A stretch of DNA of 32,000 bases, from NCBI RefSeq assembly GCF_000195855.1, contig NC_002677.1, forward strand, positions 1,740,001-1,772,000, read 5' to 3'. The position numbers were made by a program, and so were the translations under genes. The notes under the pieces are model-generated. The model was not told the origin of the DNA, did not search any database, and saw only the letters and a program-made list of their open reading frames with translations. This document shows positions 7,951 through 17,799 of this stretch, piece by piece. This DNA comes from Mycobacterium leprae TN. Its GTDB lineage: Bacteria; Actinomycetota; Actinomycetes; Mycobacteriales; Mycobacteriaceae. Numbering within the stretch: the stretch's first letter is position 1; each line of letters begins with the position of its first letter.

Positions 7951-8621
7951 GTGTTGTTTCCGACGACCAGACTGGGCGTCGTTAAGCGCCCAGTCCCAGC
8001 CACGCCGTGAGGTCCACGATAGAGTCGGCGCTTGAACACGTACTGCACGACACCGTCGGGCATCAGATACCACAGCGGTTGACGCTGCTCGACACGTTGC
8101 CGGCAGTCGGTCGACGAGATCGCCAGCGCCGGGATTTCGACCAATGTCAACGCGTCTGCGGGCAGCTCGCCCATAACCCCGGTGATGTGCTCTTGGCCCA
8201 GCTCATATCCGGGTCGGCTGACCCCGACGAATCGCGCCAAGTCGAAAAGCTCGTCCCAACCTTGCCAAGACAGAATGGAAGCCAGCGCGTCGGCGCCGGT
8301 AATGAAGTACAGTTCGGAGTCAGGGTTGAGGGCATGCAGATCGTGCACCGTATCCCTGGTGTAGGTGGGGCCGGTGCGGTCGATGTCGACTCTGCTCACC
8401 GAGAAACGCGGATTGGACGCGGTTGCGATCACCGTCATCAAGTACCGGTCCTCAGCAGCGGAGACGTGCCGACCCTTTTGCCAAGGCTGCCCGCTGGGCA
8501 CAAACATCACTTCATCGAGTTCAAACATGTGCGCCACCTCACTTGCAGCAACCAGGTGACCATAGTGGATGGGGTCGAACGTCCCACCCATGATTCCCAG
8601 CCTACGAAAGTGTTTTTGCAC
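7947..8621 (-). CDS. nadD: Nicotinate-nucleotide adenylyltransferase NadD (Rv2421c homologue)
   Basis: 224-aa ORF carrying [21 protein letters not shown] (the nucleotidyltransferase (H/T)xGH motif) and ISSTDCRQR. The ORF-track start at 8621 is a GTG. An alternative ATG lies at 8591 (MGGTFDPIH). Confidence 0.9.
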
Positions 8622-8702
8622 AATTCGCCAGTTTACTTGAGCGCATCGCGAAGGTCGTGATCGCGCTAGTTAGTCGCGGCAGTCAAATTGTAGCCTCTAG
8701 GC

Positions 8703-8935
8703 ATGCGTGCAACCATTGATAAAGCAGGCAGTTTGGTTATCCCGTCGCCTCTACGCAACCATCTCGGGCTGCGAGAGGGTGAGTCGAAGTAACCGCTGAC
8801 AGCGCTGGACTGCGCACAGAACTGCTAGCCGGTGACTAACTCGACAAGCGAGAGGAGCGCTTTGTGATACCGACAGGGGGAGCGGAAATCACCGACGCCA
8901 TCGTCCAGACATTGCGCGATGCCGATCAATGCTAG
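8703..8935 (+). pseudogene. AbrB/SpoVT-fold (VapB-like) antitoxin pseudogene
   Basis: The ATG at 8703 opens MRATIDKAGSLVIPSPLRNHLGLREGESK* (stop at 8790-8792). Homology continues in another frame as VTADSAGLRTELLAGD*LDKREERFVIPTGGAEITDAIVQTLRDADQC*. One frameshift and two stops are present. Confidence 0.65.
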
Positions 8936-9380
8936 CACACCCACATCACTTGTGGACACTAGCATCGCCGTACTGATGGTCACCGATCACGACCACCACG
9001 AAGAAACATTCCGAGTACTACAAACAGCCGGACAGTGAGTCTGGTCAGCCACGCCGCATTTGAGACATTCTCTGCCCTGGCCCACCTGCCACCGTCGGAC
9101 CGCAGGACTGCAGTGACCATTGCGAAGGTACTGGAACAAACACCTTTCCGGAGACCAAGTTTCTCGGGACTTGCGCCGCCACAGCACTACTGGGAAAAAC
9201 CGAAACGGCCAAGACTCGCCGGTAACGCAGTTTATGACGCTCTAGTCGGCACCACGACCAAGGAACATCCACCCAGTCCTAGTGACACTTCGTGATCGGC
9301 GAGCAGTGGAAGTCTGTCTCACTCTCGACATGGACATCGAACTGTTAGCCCGAGCAATCGTGGCGACCTCCAACCGGTAA
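8929..9380 (+). pseudogene. PIN-domain (VapC-like) toxin pseudogene
   Basis: The ATG at 8929 overlaps the antitoxin's end. PIN-like segments sit in three frames: LVDTSIAVLMVTDHDHHEETFRVLQ; SHAAFETFSALAHLPPSDRRTAVTIAKVLE...LAGNAVYDALVGTTTKEH (ORF 9035..9295); and TLRDRRAVEVCLTLDMDIELL. The 3-prime boundary is approximate. Confidence 0.7.
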
Positions 9381-9384
9381 CAGT

Positions 9385-10800
9385 CTAGTCTATCACCGCG
9401 GCAAGCTGTTTGGCGGAACACCATTCGCGCATAGTGACCACCTTCTTGGTAGCTCGGCACCGCCAAGTTGTGACTGTCCCATAGGTATTTGGGCTCAAAA
9501 TTCACCCAGTGCTCCTGCTGGTTGGTAGTCACCATGTAAACTGGCATATTAACGGCCGGACCCGGTAGTTGATGTGCCCGTTCCCCAACACCAGCAGCGA
9601 GCTGGGTGACAGCAATGCATTCAGGTGAATTCACATGAACGAGATGAATGCGTTGCCGTCGTAGAAACGCTCGTCTCTCAAGCTGTAGAAACCACCTCCC
9701 GAATGATCCCCTGGATCGCCATAGCCAGGTTGGCATCTGGGGAAAACATGTGGGTCACCTCATCGGTGGTGTCAATGAATACGAAGACACGAACGCTTAA
9801 GTACTGTCTGCTTCAGAGCGTGTACCAGTAGCAAAGTGAAGCGGCTAATCATTCCGAGCACGCGGGACGAGGTTTAGCCAGCACTGCTTCGATTAGCATG
9901 CCAACGATCGACATCGACTTACACAGCGTCTTACACAGATCTACCGACCCGGCGCGGGCGTGCCGCTGACGGGCTACCAGCCGGGATGCGAGCGTACGAG
10001 CCAGCAGAGCCCCCCATCCAGCGCATCTGGCGCAGCTGATCACCTGAGGTACGCAAGAACTCGACGTTTTCCGACAGCTCGTGTATGCTATCCACTTCGG
10101 ATATGGTCGTGGCCAAGTTACCTAGTAGTTGTGCCACTTGTTCTCGGATTCCGCTATACTACGAATCTGCGCGATCCTTTGCTCTGCAAGGGATTTAGCG
10201 CTCTTCTACTGGGTAGTTGTGGGCTCTTCGTCATAACGGGTTAACAGCCCCGTGAGCAGCTTGCTTTCCAGTGCATCCAGCACCATTGCCTTAACCGCCT
10301 GACACGGTGAAAACTACGGACCGCGACTAGAGTTGTATTTGCCTTTCGCCTCCAGATCCGCGGGATCATCCCCACTAGCCGCTCATCCATGTAAGCGAGG
10401 TCTGTCTTGTCGGTGAGCAGGTCCAACAGCAGCTGGCGCGTTGCCTCGAACGTCGTCAGGTAGCAAACTGCCGTAGCCGGACCCTACTGCTTCTTCGTTT
10501 ATGAACACTGCGCATGCGCCCAATGCCGTCGGAACCCACAAATCGAACATGGTGTCGTAGGTGTCGCGGTGATCTGACTAGCGCAGCACCGCACAGGCGA
10601 TACTCCGCGCGGAGCATCTTACGGTCACCCAGACCAAGAGTTTCCAGCACCTGGCCGGCATCTATCGTCTCAGAAGGACCCAACGAAATCCCTTGCTGGC
10701 GAGTCTCTCCCCCGAACTCAACCAAGTGGAAGGACAGCCTGTGCGGGGCGAGCGATCGAGTGGAGCAGATGCAGTTGGTAGCCATTAAGTAGACCGTATA
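9385..10800 (-). pseudogene. VWA-domain CoxE-like protein pseudogene (Rv2425c-like partner of the MoxR ATPase)
   Basis: Fragments in several frames include VRVFVFIDTTDEVTHMF, LLVLGNGHINYR, a ...QLAAVID* C-terminus, and an N-terminal part in ORF 10456..10920 (HLVEFGGETRQQGISLGPSETIDAGQVLETLGLGDRKMLRAEYRL). There are many stops. Boundaries are approximate. Confidence 0.6.
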
Positions 10801-11700
10801 ACTTAATTCAACCCCCAGCTCCCCCATAGCGCGTTGCTGGTCGCATTGATGCTTGAGGACCACGCCGAGTATGGCAGCCACAGCAGCGTCGTCTATGGTG
10901 TCCAGACCCAGTGCGAACATCGTACGACCCCAGCCGATAGTCTCCAGCGATGGACGGACACCTTCTTGAGCCGCATCCCGCGTAGCACGCCGATGATCCG
11001 TACCCGCTCCTTGGCAAGGCGCTTAGACAGCTCGGGGACTCGAGACAACAGAATCCGGCGTTCCAGTTCAGGGCTAAGGAAGTCACGTGTAAAAACAAGC
11101 AACGGCGCTTGAGCTCCTCAGACAGTTCGCGGGTGGCATTGGAGGTTAACCACCACAAACGGCGCCCGGACCGCGGTGAGGTACCCAGTTCGAAGATCGT
11201 ACCGCGAAGTCGGACAGCGCGTCTAGCAGCACGCATTCACTCTCGATGTCGACCTTCTCAGTTGCGTCGATCAACAGCATCGTCGGTTCGATGTGCCGGA
11301 TCGCAGTCAGCAACGAACGCGGCAGCAGAAACTCTTCGCTGAACGCAGCATCTTTCGTACGATCCCAATCGCTGCCGTCTCCGGAATCGGCCTGAATGAG
11401 CAGGATCTGTTTGGCGTAATTCCACTCAAATATAACGCACGAGATACAGTGCACGAGCCTCATCGACCCCTTCGTAGCACTGCAGCCGGACCAGACCAGA
11501 GCTCGGTAGCCTGAGCGACTGCATGGCCCAACTCGGTCTTGCCGACTGCCAGCTAGGCCTTCCACCAGCAAAGGATTACCCAACCGGTCGGCGAGAAACA
11601 CCGCCGTAGCGGTGGCAGTGTCTGGCAGGTGGACCGGTCTCAGCCAATCACCGCGAGACGTCGGGGATATCGACCAAGAGACATGGGACGAGCTGGCACA
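10801..11700 (-). pseudogene. MoxR/CbbQ-type AAA+ ATPase pseudogene (Rv2426c-like)
   Basis: ORF 11146..11790 looks long but is a frame mosaic. The Walker A reads EGLAGSRQDRV, while KTELGHAVAQAT and LVRLQCYEGVDEARALY are only seen in the other two frames. FEWNYAKQILLIQA, FSEEFLLPRSLLTAIRHIEPTMLLIDATEKVDIESECVLLDALSDF, LTSNATRELSEELKRRCLFLHV and the C-terminal LGLDTIDDAAVAAILGVVLKHQCDQQRA lie in differing frames. Confidence 0.75.
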
Positions 11701-11750
11701 GTCACAATCGTATGCTCCCAAGCTGGTTGTGTCCGGCGAATATCGAAGGG

Positions 11751-13010
11751 TCAGGCCGGTCGGATCTGACCGTCTCCCCACACGATCCACTTAGTCGAGG
11801 TCATTTCCGACAGTCCCATTGGTCCACGGGCATGCAATTTCTGGGTGGAGATACCGATCTCGGCGCCGAAACCGAACTGCCCACCATCAGTGAACGCCGT
11901 CGATGCGTTGACCATCACCGTGGCCGAGTCCACTCCGTCGGCAAACCGTTGGGCGGCAGCCATATTGGTGGTCACAATCGCCTCGGTGTGTCCGGTGCCG
12001 TACTCATTGATGTGGGCAATTGCGGCGTCGACGCCATCGACCACCGCCACGGCAATGTCCATCGACAGGTATTCGCGACACAGGTCAGCCTTGTCCGGGT
12101 CTCCCGAAAGACCACCGTGCACCGTTACTCCGGCACCTTGCAAGGCAGCGACCAACCTAGGCATAGTGTGATCGGCAATCGCTGCATCGATCAACAGCGT
12201 CTCGGCAGCATTGCAGACACTGGGCCGACGGGTCTTGGAGTTCAGCAGGATCCGTTCGGCAACCTCCAGGTCAGCAGCCTGATGCACGTAGACGTGACAG
12301 TTGCCGACACCGGTCTCGATAATAGGCACTTGCGCGTCACGGACCACCGCATCAATCAGGTTCGCTCCCCCGCGCGGGATCACCACATCCACCAGGCCGC
12401 GAGCTTGGATCAGGTGGGTGACCGTGGATCTATCGGCAGCTGAAAGCAGCTGGACCGCGTCGGCGGGCAAGTCTTCGCTAACCAACGCAGCGTGCAACAC
12501 CTCTACGAGCGCTTGGTTGGACTTCGCCGCTGACGAGCTGCCACGCAGCAACGCCGCATTACCTGACTTGAACGCCAGTCCGAAAGCGTCAACGGTGATG
12601 TTAGGCCGGCCCTCGTAGATCATACCCACTACGCCGAGTGGAACCCGCTGCTGGCGCAACTGCAGCCCATTAGGTAGCGTGTAACCGCGCAACACCTCCC
12701 CGATCGGGTCGGGCAACGCCGCGACTTGACGCAAACCGCCCGCGATTTGGTCAATGCGTTGCCTATCCAAAGCTAACCTGTCGAGCGTCGCGGCCAGTGT
12801 GTCGGTGGCCCGAGCCGCCTGCAGATCTTCGGCGTTGGCCGCGAGGATCTCCTCGGTGTGAGCAGTTACCGCCGTTGCTGCGGCCCGCAGTGCATGGTCC
12901 TTAGCTACCGTCGGCATAACTGCGAGAGCGCGAGCAGCGACCCGGGCTCGCCGGGCAGCATCGTGGACTTCTTGACGCAAGTTGGTACGCGATGGTGCTT
13001 CAAGACTCAT
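11751..13010 (-). CDS. proA: Gamma-glutamyl phosphate reductase ProA (Rv2427c homologue)
   Basis: ORF 11751..13142. The ATG at 13010 ([29 protein letters not shown]...) aligns with the ProA N-terminus and gives 419 aa. Conserved regions are present: [45 protein letters not shown] (catalytic Cys) and [12 protein letters not shown]. Confidence 0.93.
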
Positions 13011-13149
13011 CAATTCAGGGTATCGGGCTTTCCTTGGCCAGCTACGACCGCCCGTTAGTCGGGGGCCAGTATCAGGGCGATGCAAACAGCCTGCCCGCCA
13101 TGACGGCCCCACAACGCCATGTTTCCGCTCTACCACCATCATAGACAGA

Positions 13150-13900
13150 TAGCCGTCAAATTCCGGTTATGTTCGAAATTCCCGGAGTCACAGGCCCTAT
13201 GGAAAATCGCCGATCGATTTGGATTCAATGCATTTGGGGTTACGACCACTTATACGAGAAGACATACACGGGCTGCCATGACAGTGACCGCTGAACGAGT
13301 GCGAATCAGCTTCCCGGTAATTCGGCATGCCTTATCGGAATCCGGCGATTCTCGCCAAAATGACGGTCAGAGTCGACCACATTTCCTGGGGAAGCACGTG
13401 AACTTCCGAACCGGTGCGGGATAGCACAAAGACTAGCACCGCGGCTACAAATCGATTTGCCGAGCCTGGACACCCGGGTCGCGATGCTCGAATGAAGCGC
13501 TGACTGCGATCAGCAGGCTCTGGGCCGAAGAGTCGGTGACCTTATACCGGACGCTTCCTTAACCTCCGATAACGCATTGCATTGTACGACCCCAAACCAC
13601 TTAAGGTCCCACACCCGCCTATTGTGATCGACGGCTCAGAACCAAAGATTCTGCGGGTCATTGCACACCACGCCGGCGAATGCAACATGCCCAGCTACGA
13701 CGGTCCCGAGGAATGGGACGTTGCGAACGCTAGCCTGAACACCGCATACACCGAAATCGGTCACGACCCAACGAAATACCTACACTCCGCACAAGTGCAC
13801 CTGACCTCGACGGTGGCAGGCCAAGGCGATGAGCAACTGGTGATATTGCCGGAATTCAAGCGAATCGACTGCGAGTACTTAGATCACTTCATCAGTTCCG
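13150..13900 (+). pseudogene. Luciferase-like monooxygenase (LLM) class, probable F420-dependent oxidoreductase pseudogene
   Basis: Frame-hopping matches include IAVKFRL...WKIADRFGFNAFGVTT, TAERVRISFPV, PAILAKMTVRVDHISWGSR-like, ...RLWAEESVTLYRTLP* and PKPLKVPHPPIVIDGSEPKILRVIAHHAGECNM (ORF 13582..14022). Several stops are present. The 3-prime end is approximate and converges on the cyclase remnant. Confidence 0.65.
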
Positions 13901-15980
13901 TCTATCGACATCGTGCCGACCTGCGTGAAATGTCGAACGTCTCGCATCATTTTAGTATATCTGCGAGCAGACATAGATGCCGAGCTGCGGTGAGCCACTG
14001 TGTATTCGATAGGCGAGAATGACCACACCACCTCAACATATCATAGACAAGACCGGAACGACCCTTCAACTTGCTGACGACGTTGCCTATGTTAACTAAA
14101 TCTAAAAGCGTAACTAATGGCCCGGATTGGCTATTGAATCTATCGATGATTCGCCATAGTTCCACTGCAAAAAACGACGCATCCCTGAACGCTATCCAGT
14201 CGTGGAGTCGTTAAACTACAGTTAACAAGGTAGCCATTGCGAAACATACACATAATTTTGATTCCAAGGGTTTCAGCAGCCGCATCAAAATTCCGAAATA
14301 ATTAATCTACAATCCAGACCAATTCATCGCCCGATAGATTGTTGGAAATATCATTGATCCCAACGTTGTAAGCAAAGATGATGGCCACGTCCTGGTGTTT
14401 TTGTTCAATGGTCTCCTTATCATCGCCATACCGTTGCACAACCGACTCGGGAGTCAGTACCAACAACAGCTGGTTGTCTGCCTTGCGTTGCTCGTTGAGC
14501 AGCTCTTCTTTGATCGCTAGATTCGGACTCATCTCGTTGAAAGTAGCAGTGATATAAAAGATTTCGTTGCGTGAAATTACCGACATACCGACGGTGTAGT
14601 CGCCGTAATTGATCTTCTACATGAGCTCCTCTAGCCTCCGGATAGGCCGCAAAAATATTTTGGGCAAGCAACAGCGACGGCGACTCGCCACCGCCAGTGT
14701 CTTGTCGAACTTATTTAGCTACGCAAAAGCATCCGAATCGTCTCGGGTCGTCGGAATCGATCAGTTCAGATCGGAGTTCGGCACTGTCAACGGGGCTTGA
14801 GGTTCCATGCCCCTATAGTCAGTAGCGGTGACGGTTCCAGTCTGTCCACGTTGGGCAGCGAAAAGAGTCGCACCTGGAACCGACTGCACCAGCGTCGTGC
14901 CACCCAACTGGATAGCTGTGTCTACGACGTCGTAGTGAAATACCGGTAGCCACCGCCTCGCGCCGGTATTCCTGCGGAGTCTTCCAAGAAGAACCGTGAA
15001 TCCAAACGCATCAAATTGTCGAAGACGACCAAATATGTCTGAGTCAATGGGACCATGCCGGTAGCTTCCCAATGTTTGTCAGCAGTCATGATCTTATTGC
15101 TCTCCGAAATCGGCAGCGGCAAAGCCATGACACCTTCGATCTAGCCGTTCATTCGAACTGGCTACACCACCCACGCGGTGGGAGCATCAAGTTGAGGCTA
15201 ATCTTCCTGGAAGTCGGTGATCCAGAAAAAATCGACATCGTTGGACCGTAATGCTTTTGGTACACGCCTCGCGGGTTATTATTCACGATAGGGGCTAATC
15301 AGGATATTGGTTCCGAAGTCGGTGACTGTGTCGACCGAGTAAACAACGTTGCCCTGCATGTTCAGCAACAGTGCACCTCGATATTCAAAATAGGTGGCAA
15401 TATCGCGGAGGCAAAAATTGTAGCAGGAATTAACTGCCGATCATGCACGGCCGTCTCAAACGTCCTCAATAGCCACCGCAACCGGATACCAACGTGAACA
15501 GTGCCGTGTATTACACCTGAAATTATTTCTTCTGGGCAATGAAATTCAGCAGAAAAGCATTAAGATAGATTGTGTCACCGGTGATCTGATTGATCATATT
15601 ATTGTTGTAATAGTTAACAATCCTCTGTTGTGGAGGAGAATTGATCGTCATATCGAGGATACCGAACCTATTGCTGTAGATAACCAGCAAATCCATCACC
15701 TCATCACACAACGCCTCTACCGGTCGTTTCTATAACTCATGAAATTCGACCAAATCACTCGGATTCGACTTGCCGCAATGCATTGCGACCGAATAAAGCA
15801 ACGATGACACCACCACACCCAACGACAGCACACTGCAGACCAACAGCTTGGACTGGACGCCCACCCGGAAAAGCCGAAAAAAGGTACCTACCCTTACGGT
15901 CCTGCTGCATCCTTCTCTCCTGAGCTGGAGGGTTTCTGCCTAGGGTTCCGATGTCTGTTAGCTTACTGGCTGTCAACCGC
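13890..15980 (-). pseudogene. Membrane-anchored sensor (Cache-like) / class III adenylate-guanylate cyclase pseudogene (position of Rv2435c)
   Basis: Cyclase catalytic domain: DVAIIFAYNVGINDISNNLSGDELVWIVD*LFRNFDAAAETLGIKI..., ALEL-like FFAVELWRIIDRFNSQSGPLVTLLDLVNIGNVVSKLKG, then YDMLRWCGHSRLSN (YDxWGDTVNxASR decayed). Sensor domain: FEYRGALLLNMQGNVVYSVDTVTDFGTNILISPYRE**, ALPLPISESNKIMTADKHWEATGMVPLTQTYLVVFDNLMRLDSRFFLEDSAG, VVDTAIQLGGTTLVQSVPGATLFAAQRGQTGTVTATDYRGMEP. A hydrophobic N-terminal segment lies near 15800-15980. There are many stops and frameshifts. Boundaries are approximate. Confidence 0.7.
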
Positions 15981-16119
15981 CTTCCTACATCTCTCTGGCC
16001 AAACTCAGCATCGACTAACGCAACAGACTAGCGCGCGAACCTCAAGACCAAAGGGCCAAACGCGGGTGCTTCAAATCACCCTTGTGTACGCGTCTTTGCC
16101 TCAAAAGTCATTGTAATGC

Positions 16120-16163
16120 ATATTTCGATCACATGCATTCGTACCAGACGATGATCGAAATAT
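16120..16163. promoter_or_regulatory. 12-bp inverted repeat ATATTTCGATCA-N20-TGATCGAAATAT about 60 nt upstream of the HTH antitoxin remnant; candidate relic operator
   Basis: Read directly: arms 16120-16131 and 16152-16163 are exact reverse complements. The functional assignment is inference from position only. Confidence 0.3.
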
Positions 16164-16220
16164 CACGCATTTATCGTTGTTGCGTATTATTACCGATATG
16201 CCGATTATCGCGTGGCGCTG

Positions 16221-16438
16221 GTGTATGACACCACCGATCTGGGTAAACACATCCGAAGAGTCCGTTCAATAAGGACTGTCAACAGGATGAACTCACCAAG
16301 CGTATCGACTTGACCCGCATGACCATCTCTCGGATCGAGTGCAGATAGTCTGTTCGCAGTGAACACTGGGCTACGCGCGCCCTGAGTGCGGCACCGCACT
16401 GGCGTTAGTACCGCAATTTTCTCATGTGGCGGTGCTCT
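16221..16438 (+). pseudogene. XRE-family helix-turn-helix (HipB-like) antitoxin pseudogene
   Basis: The GTG at 16221 opens VYDTTDLGKHIRRVRSIR.., and a frameshift then gives CQQDELTKRIDLTRMTISRIECR*. This matches the HTH_XRE pattern LG..IR..R...GLSQ.ELA.R.G..R.TISRIE.G. The tail is decayed and abuts the hipA-like start. Confidence 0.55.
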
Positions 16439-17720
16439 ATGACGCGTAGAGCGCTCGACGTGGAGCTGTACGGCATGCACATCGCCTGGCTCAGCAAGCT
16501 GGGTCACTTTCGACTGCATTTGAACTTCACCAAGAAGGCCCTGAACTTCTTCGGAGAGGTCAGCCGGGTGCTGTCGCTGGCATTGCCGATCTCACAGCGA
16601 CCCGTGCACGATGCATGCGGCGCGACCGGGGCACAAGATATTAAGATATTAAGCGTGCATCGAAAGTCTTTTCCCGAAGACAATCTGCGCCGTCACCTCA
16701 TTTCAGCGGCCGGTATTTCGGTGACCGACACGATGTGTATACTTGCGTCAGTCGATGAGGAATGTGTGGGAACTATCCAACTTTTCACAGACAGCGTGAC
16801 TCCCGATGCTGGTCGTGTCTGCCGATTAAAACAAGTAGGAGGTGACCGAACTGGTAGCGAAATTACTTACTTACCTACCAATTTTCCTACTGGTGCGACG
16901 CCACAAGTATCGCTGGCTAGCTTCCAGGGCAAAGTCTTGAGTTAGTAGGCAATTCCCGACGGCTGGTGGTGCTGCCCAAAGGCCGGCACTGCGTCGACGC
17001 ATATCACAAGCCCGAACCGCTTGGTGGTGCGATAACACACCTAATCCAAGTCGAGTATTTGGGCGTTACCATTAACGCGTACAACGGAGGTGAATGCGGC
17101 AAAGTCACTTCTGGAGCGGTTCGACAAGCGCAAGGCGATTGTCATGACCAGCTATGACCGCAACCCGACGAGCGAATGACTACATCGGTAGGGCTTCTGC
17201 CAAGCTCTGGGACTTGATCCGTAAGCCATGCATGAAAAAACCAGCGAAGCAAGATTTTTGGGAACACGGGTCGGTTAGCAAGCGGCAGCATCCAGGGCTC
17301 ACGATCCGAATGCGTTCCAACTGGAGCTGTTGCAAGCGATCACGTTTAACGTCGTAGTCAACAATAGCGACGTTTACTCGAAGAACTATTCTGTGATGAT
17401 TGATAGCAACGAGAGCGTGTCTATGACGGAGCGCCGTAGTGCACCTGAATCCCTGATTCAGGGAATAAGGTAAGTGATTAACGGTAAGAACAGCATTGAC
17501 ACGATTGATCCCAACGATCTGGCGGCTGAAACGGCGTCTTGGAGTATGAGGGGCGGCACGCGGCTGCAGCGGTCTGTTCGTGCATGGAGCAGGTGCAGCC
17601 TAACCTGGAGCTCCTCTGGGAGAGGCGATCATGTACGAAAGCGAAAAACTCTGCTCAGTCAACGTGACTGGCTGAAATATGAGGGCAAACACCGTCCGGG
17701 CTCTCCACGACGCACGTCTG
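16439..17720 (+). pseudogene. HipA-like serine/threonine kinase toxin pseudogene
   Basis: N-terminal coupling domain: MTRRALDVELYGMHIAWLSKLG.F.L.F...LSLALPISQRPV...FPEDNLRRHLISAAGISVTDTMCILASVDEECVGTIQLF and VSLASFQGKVLS* (compare SLAGAQPK). Later fragments in other frames: LLERFDKRK, QALGLDP*, ELLQAITFNVVVNNSDVYSKNYSVMID (compare FN.LIGN.D.H.KN.S) and VINGKNSIDTIDPNDL. An 8-bp tandem repeat (AAGATATT x2.4) sits at 16635-16653. The 3-prime end is approximate. Confidence 0.75.
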
Positions 17721-17799
17721 CACAACAAAATGCAGCAGTGAGGCCATTGTGTGATTGATATTAACCTCGGTTAGCTTCTGCAGCATGACGGCATGTGTC

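Noticed and set aside
8007-8660. 217-aa plus-strand ORF across nadD
   Set aside because: It lies antisense to nadD, which carries the [11 protein letters not shown] motif. It has shadow-ORF composition and no motif.
11146-11790. 214-aa ORF that could be called an intact AAA+ ATPase
   Set aside because: The Walker A and adjacent conserved blocks are only recovered by switching frames. The C-terminal third of the protein is in separate fragments. It is treated as a pseudogene.
11712-12443. 243-aa plus-strand ORF across the proA 3-prime half
   Set aside because: It lies antisense to proA, which has near full-length identity in pattern to mycobacterial ProA. It is a shadow ORF.
13160-13180. TTCGAA-containing motifs (also near 11285 and 15151) superficially resembling tRNA T-loops
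   Set aside because: No flanking acceptor, D or anticodon stems could be drawn. All lie inside pseudogene coding remnants.
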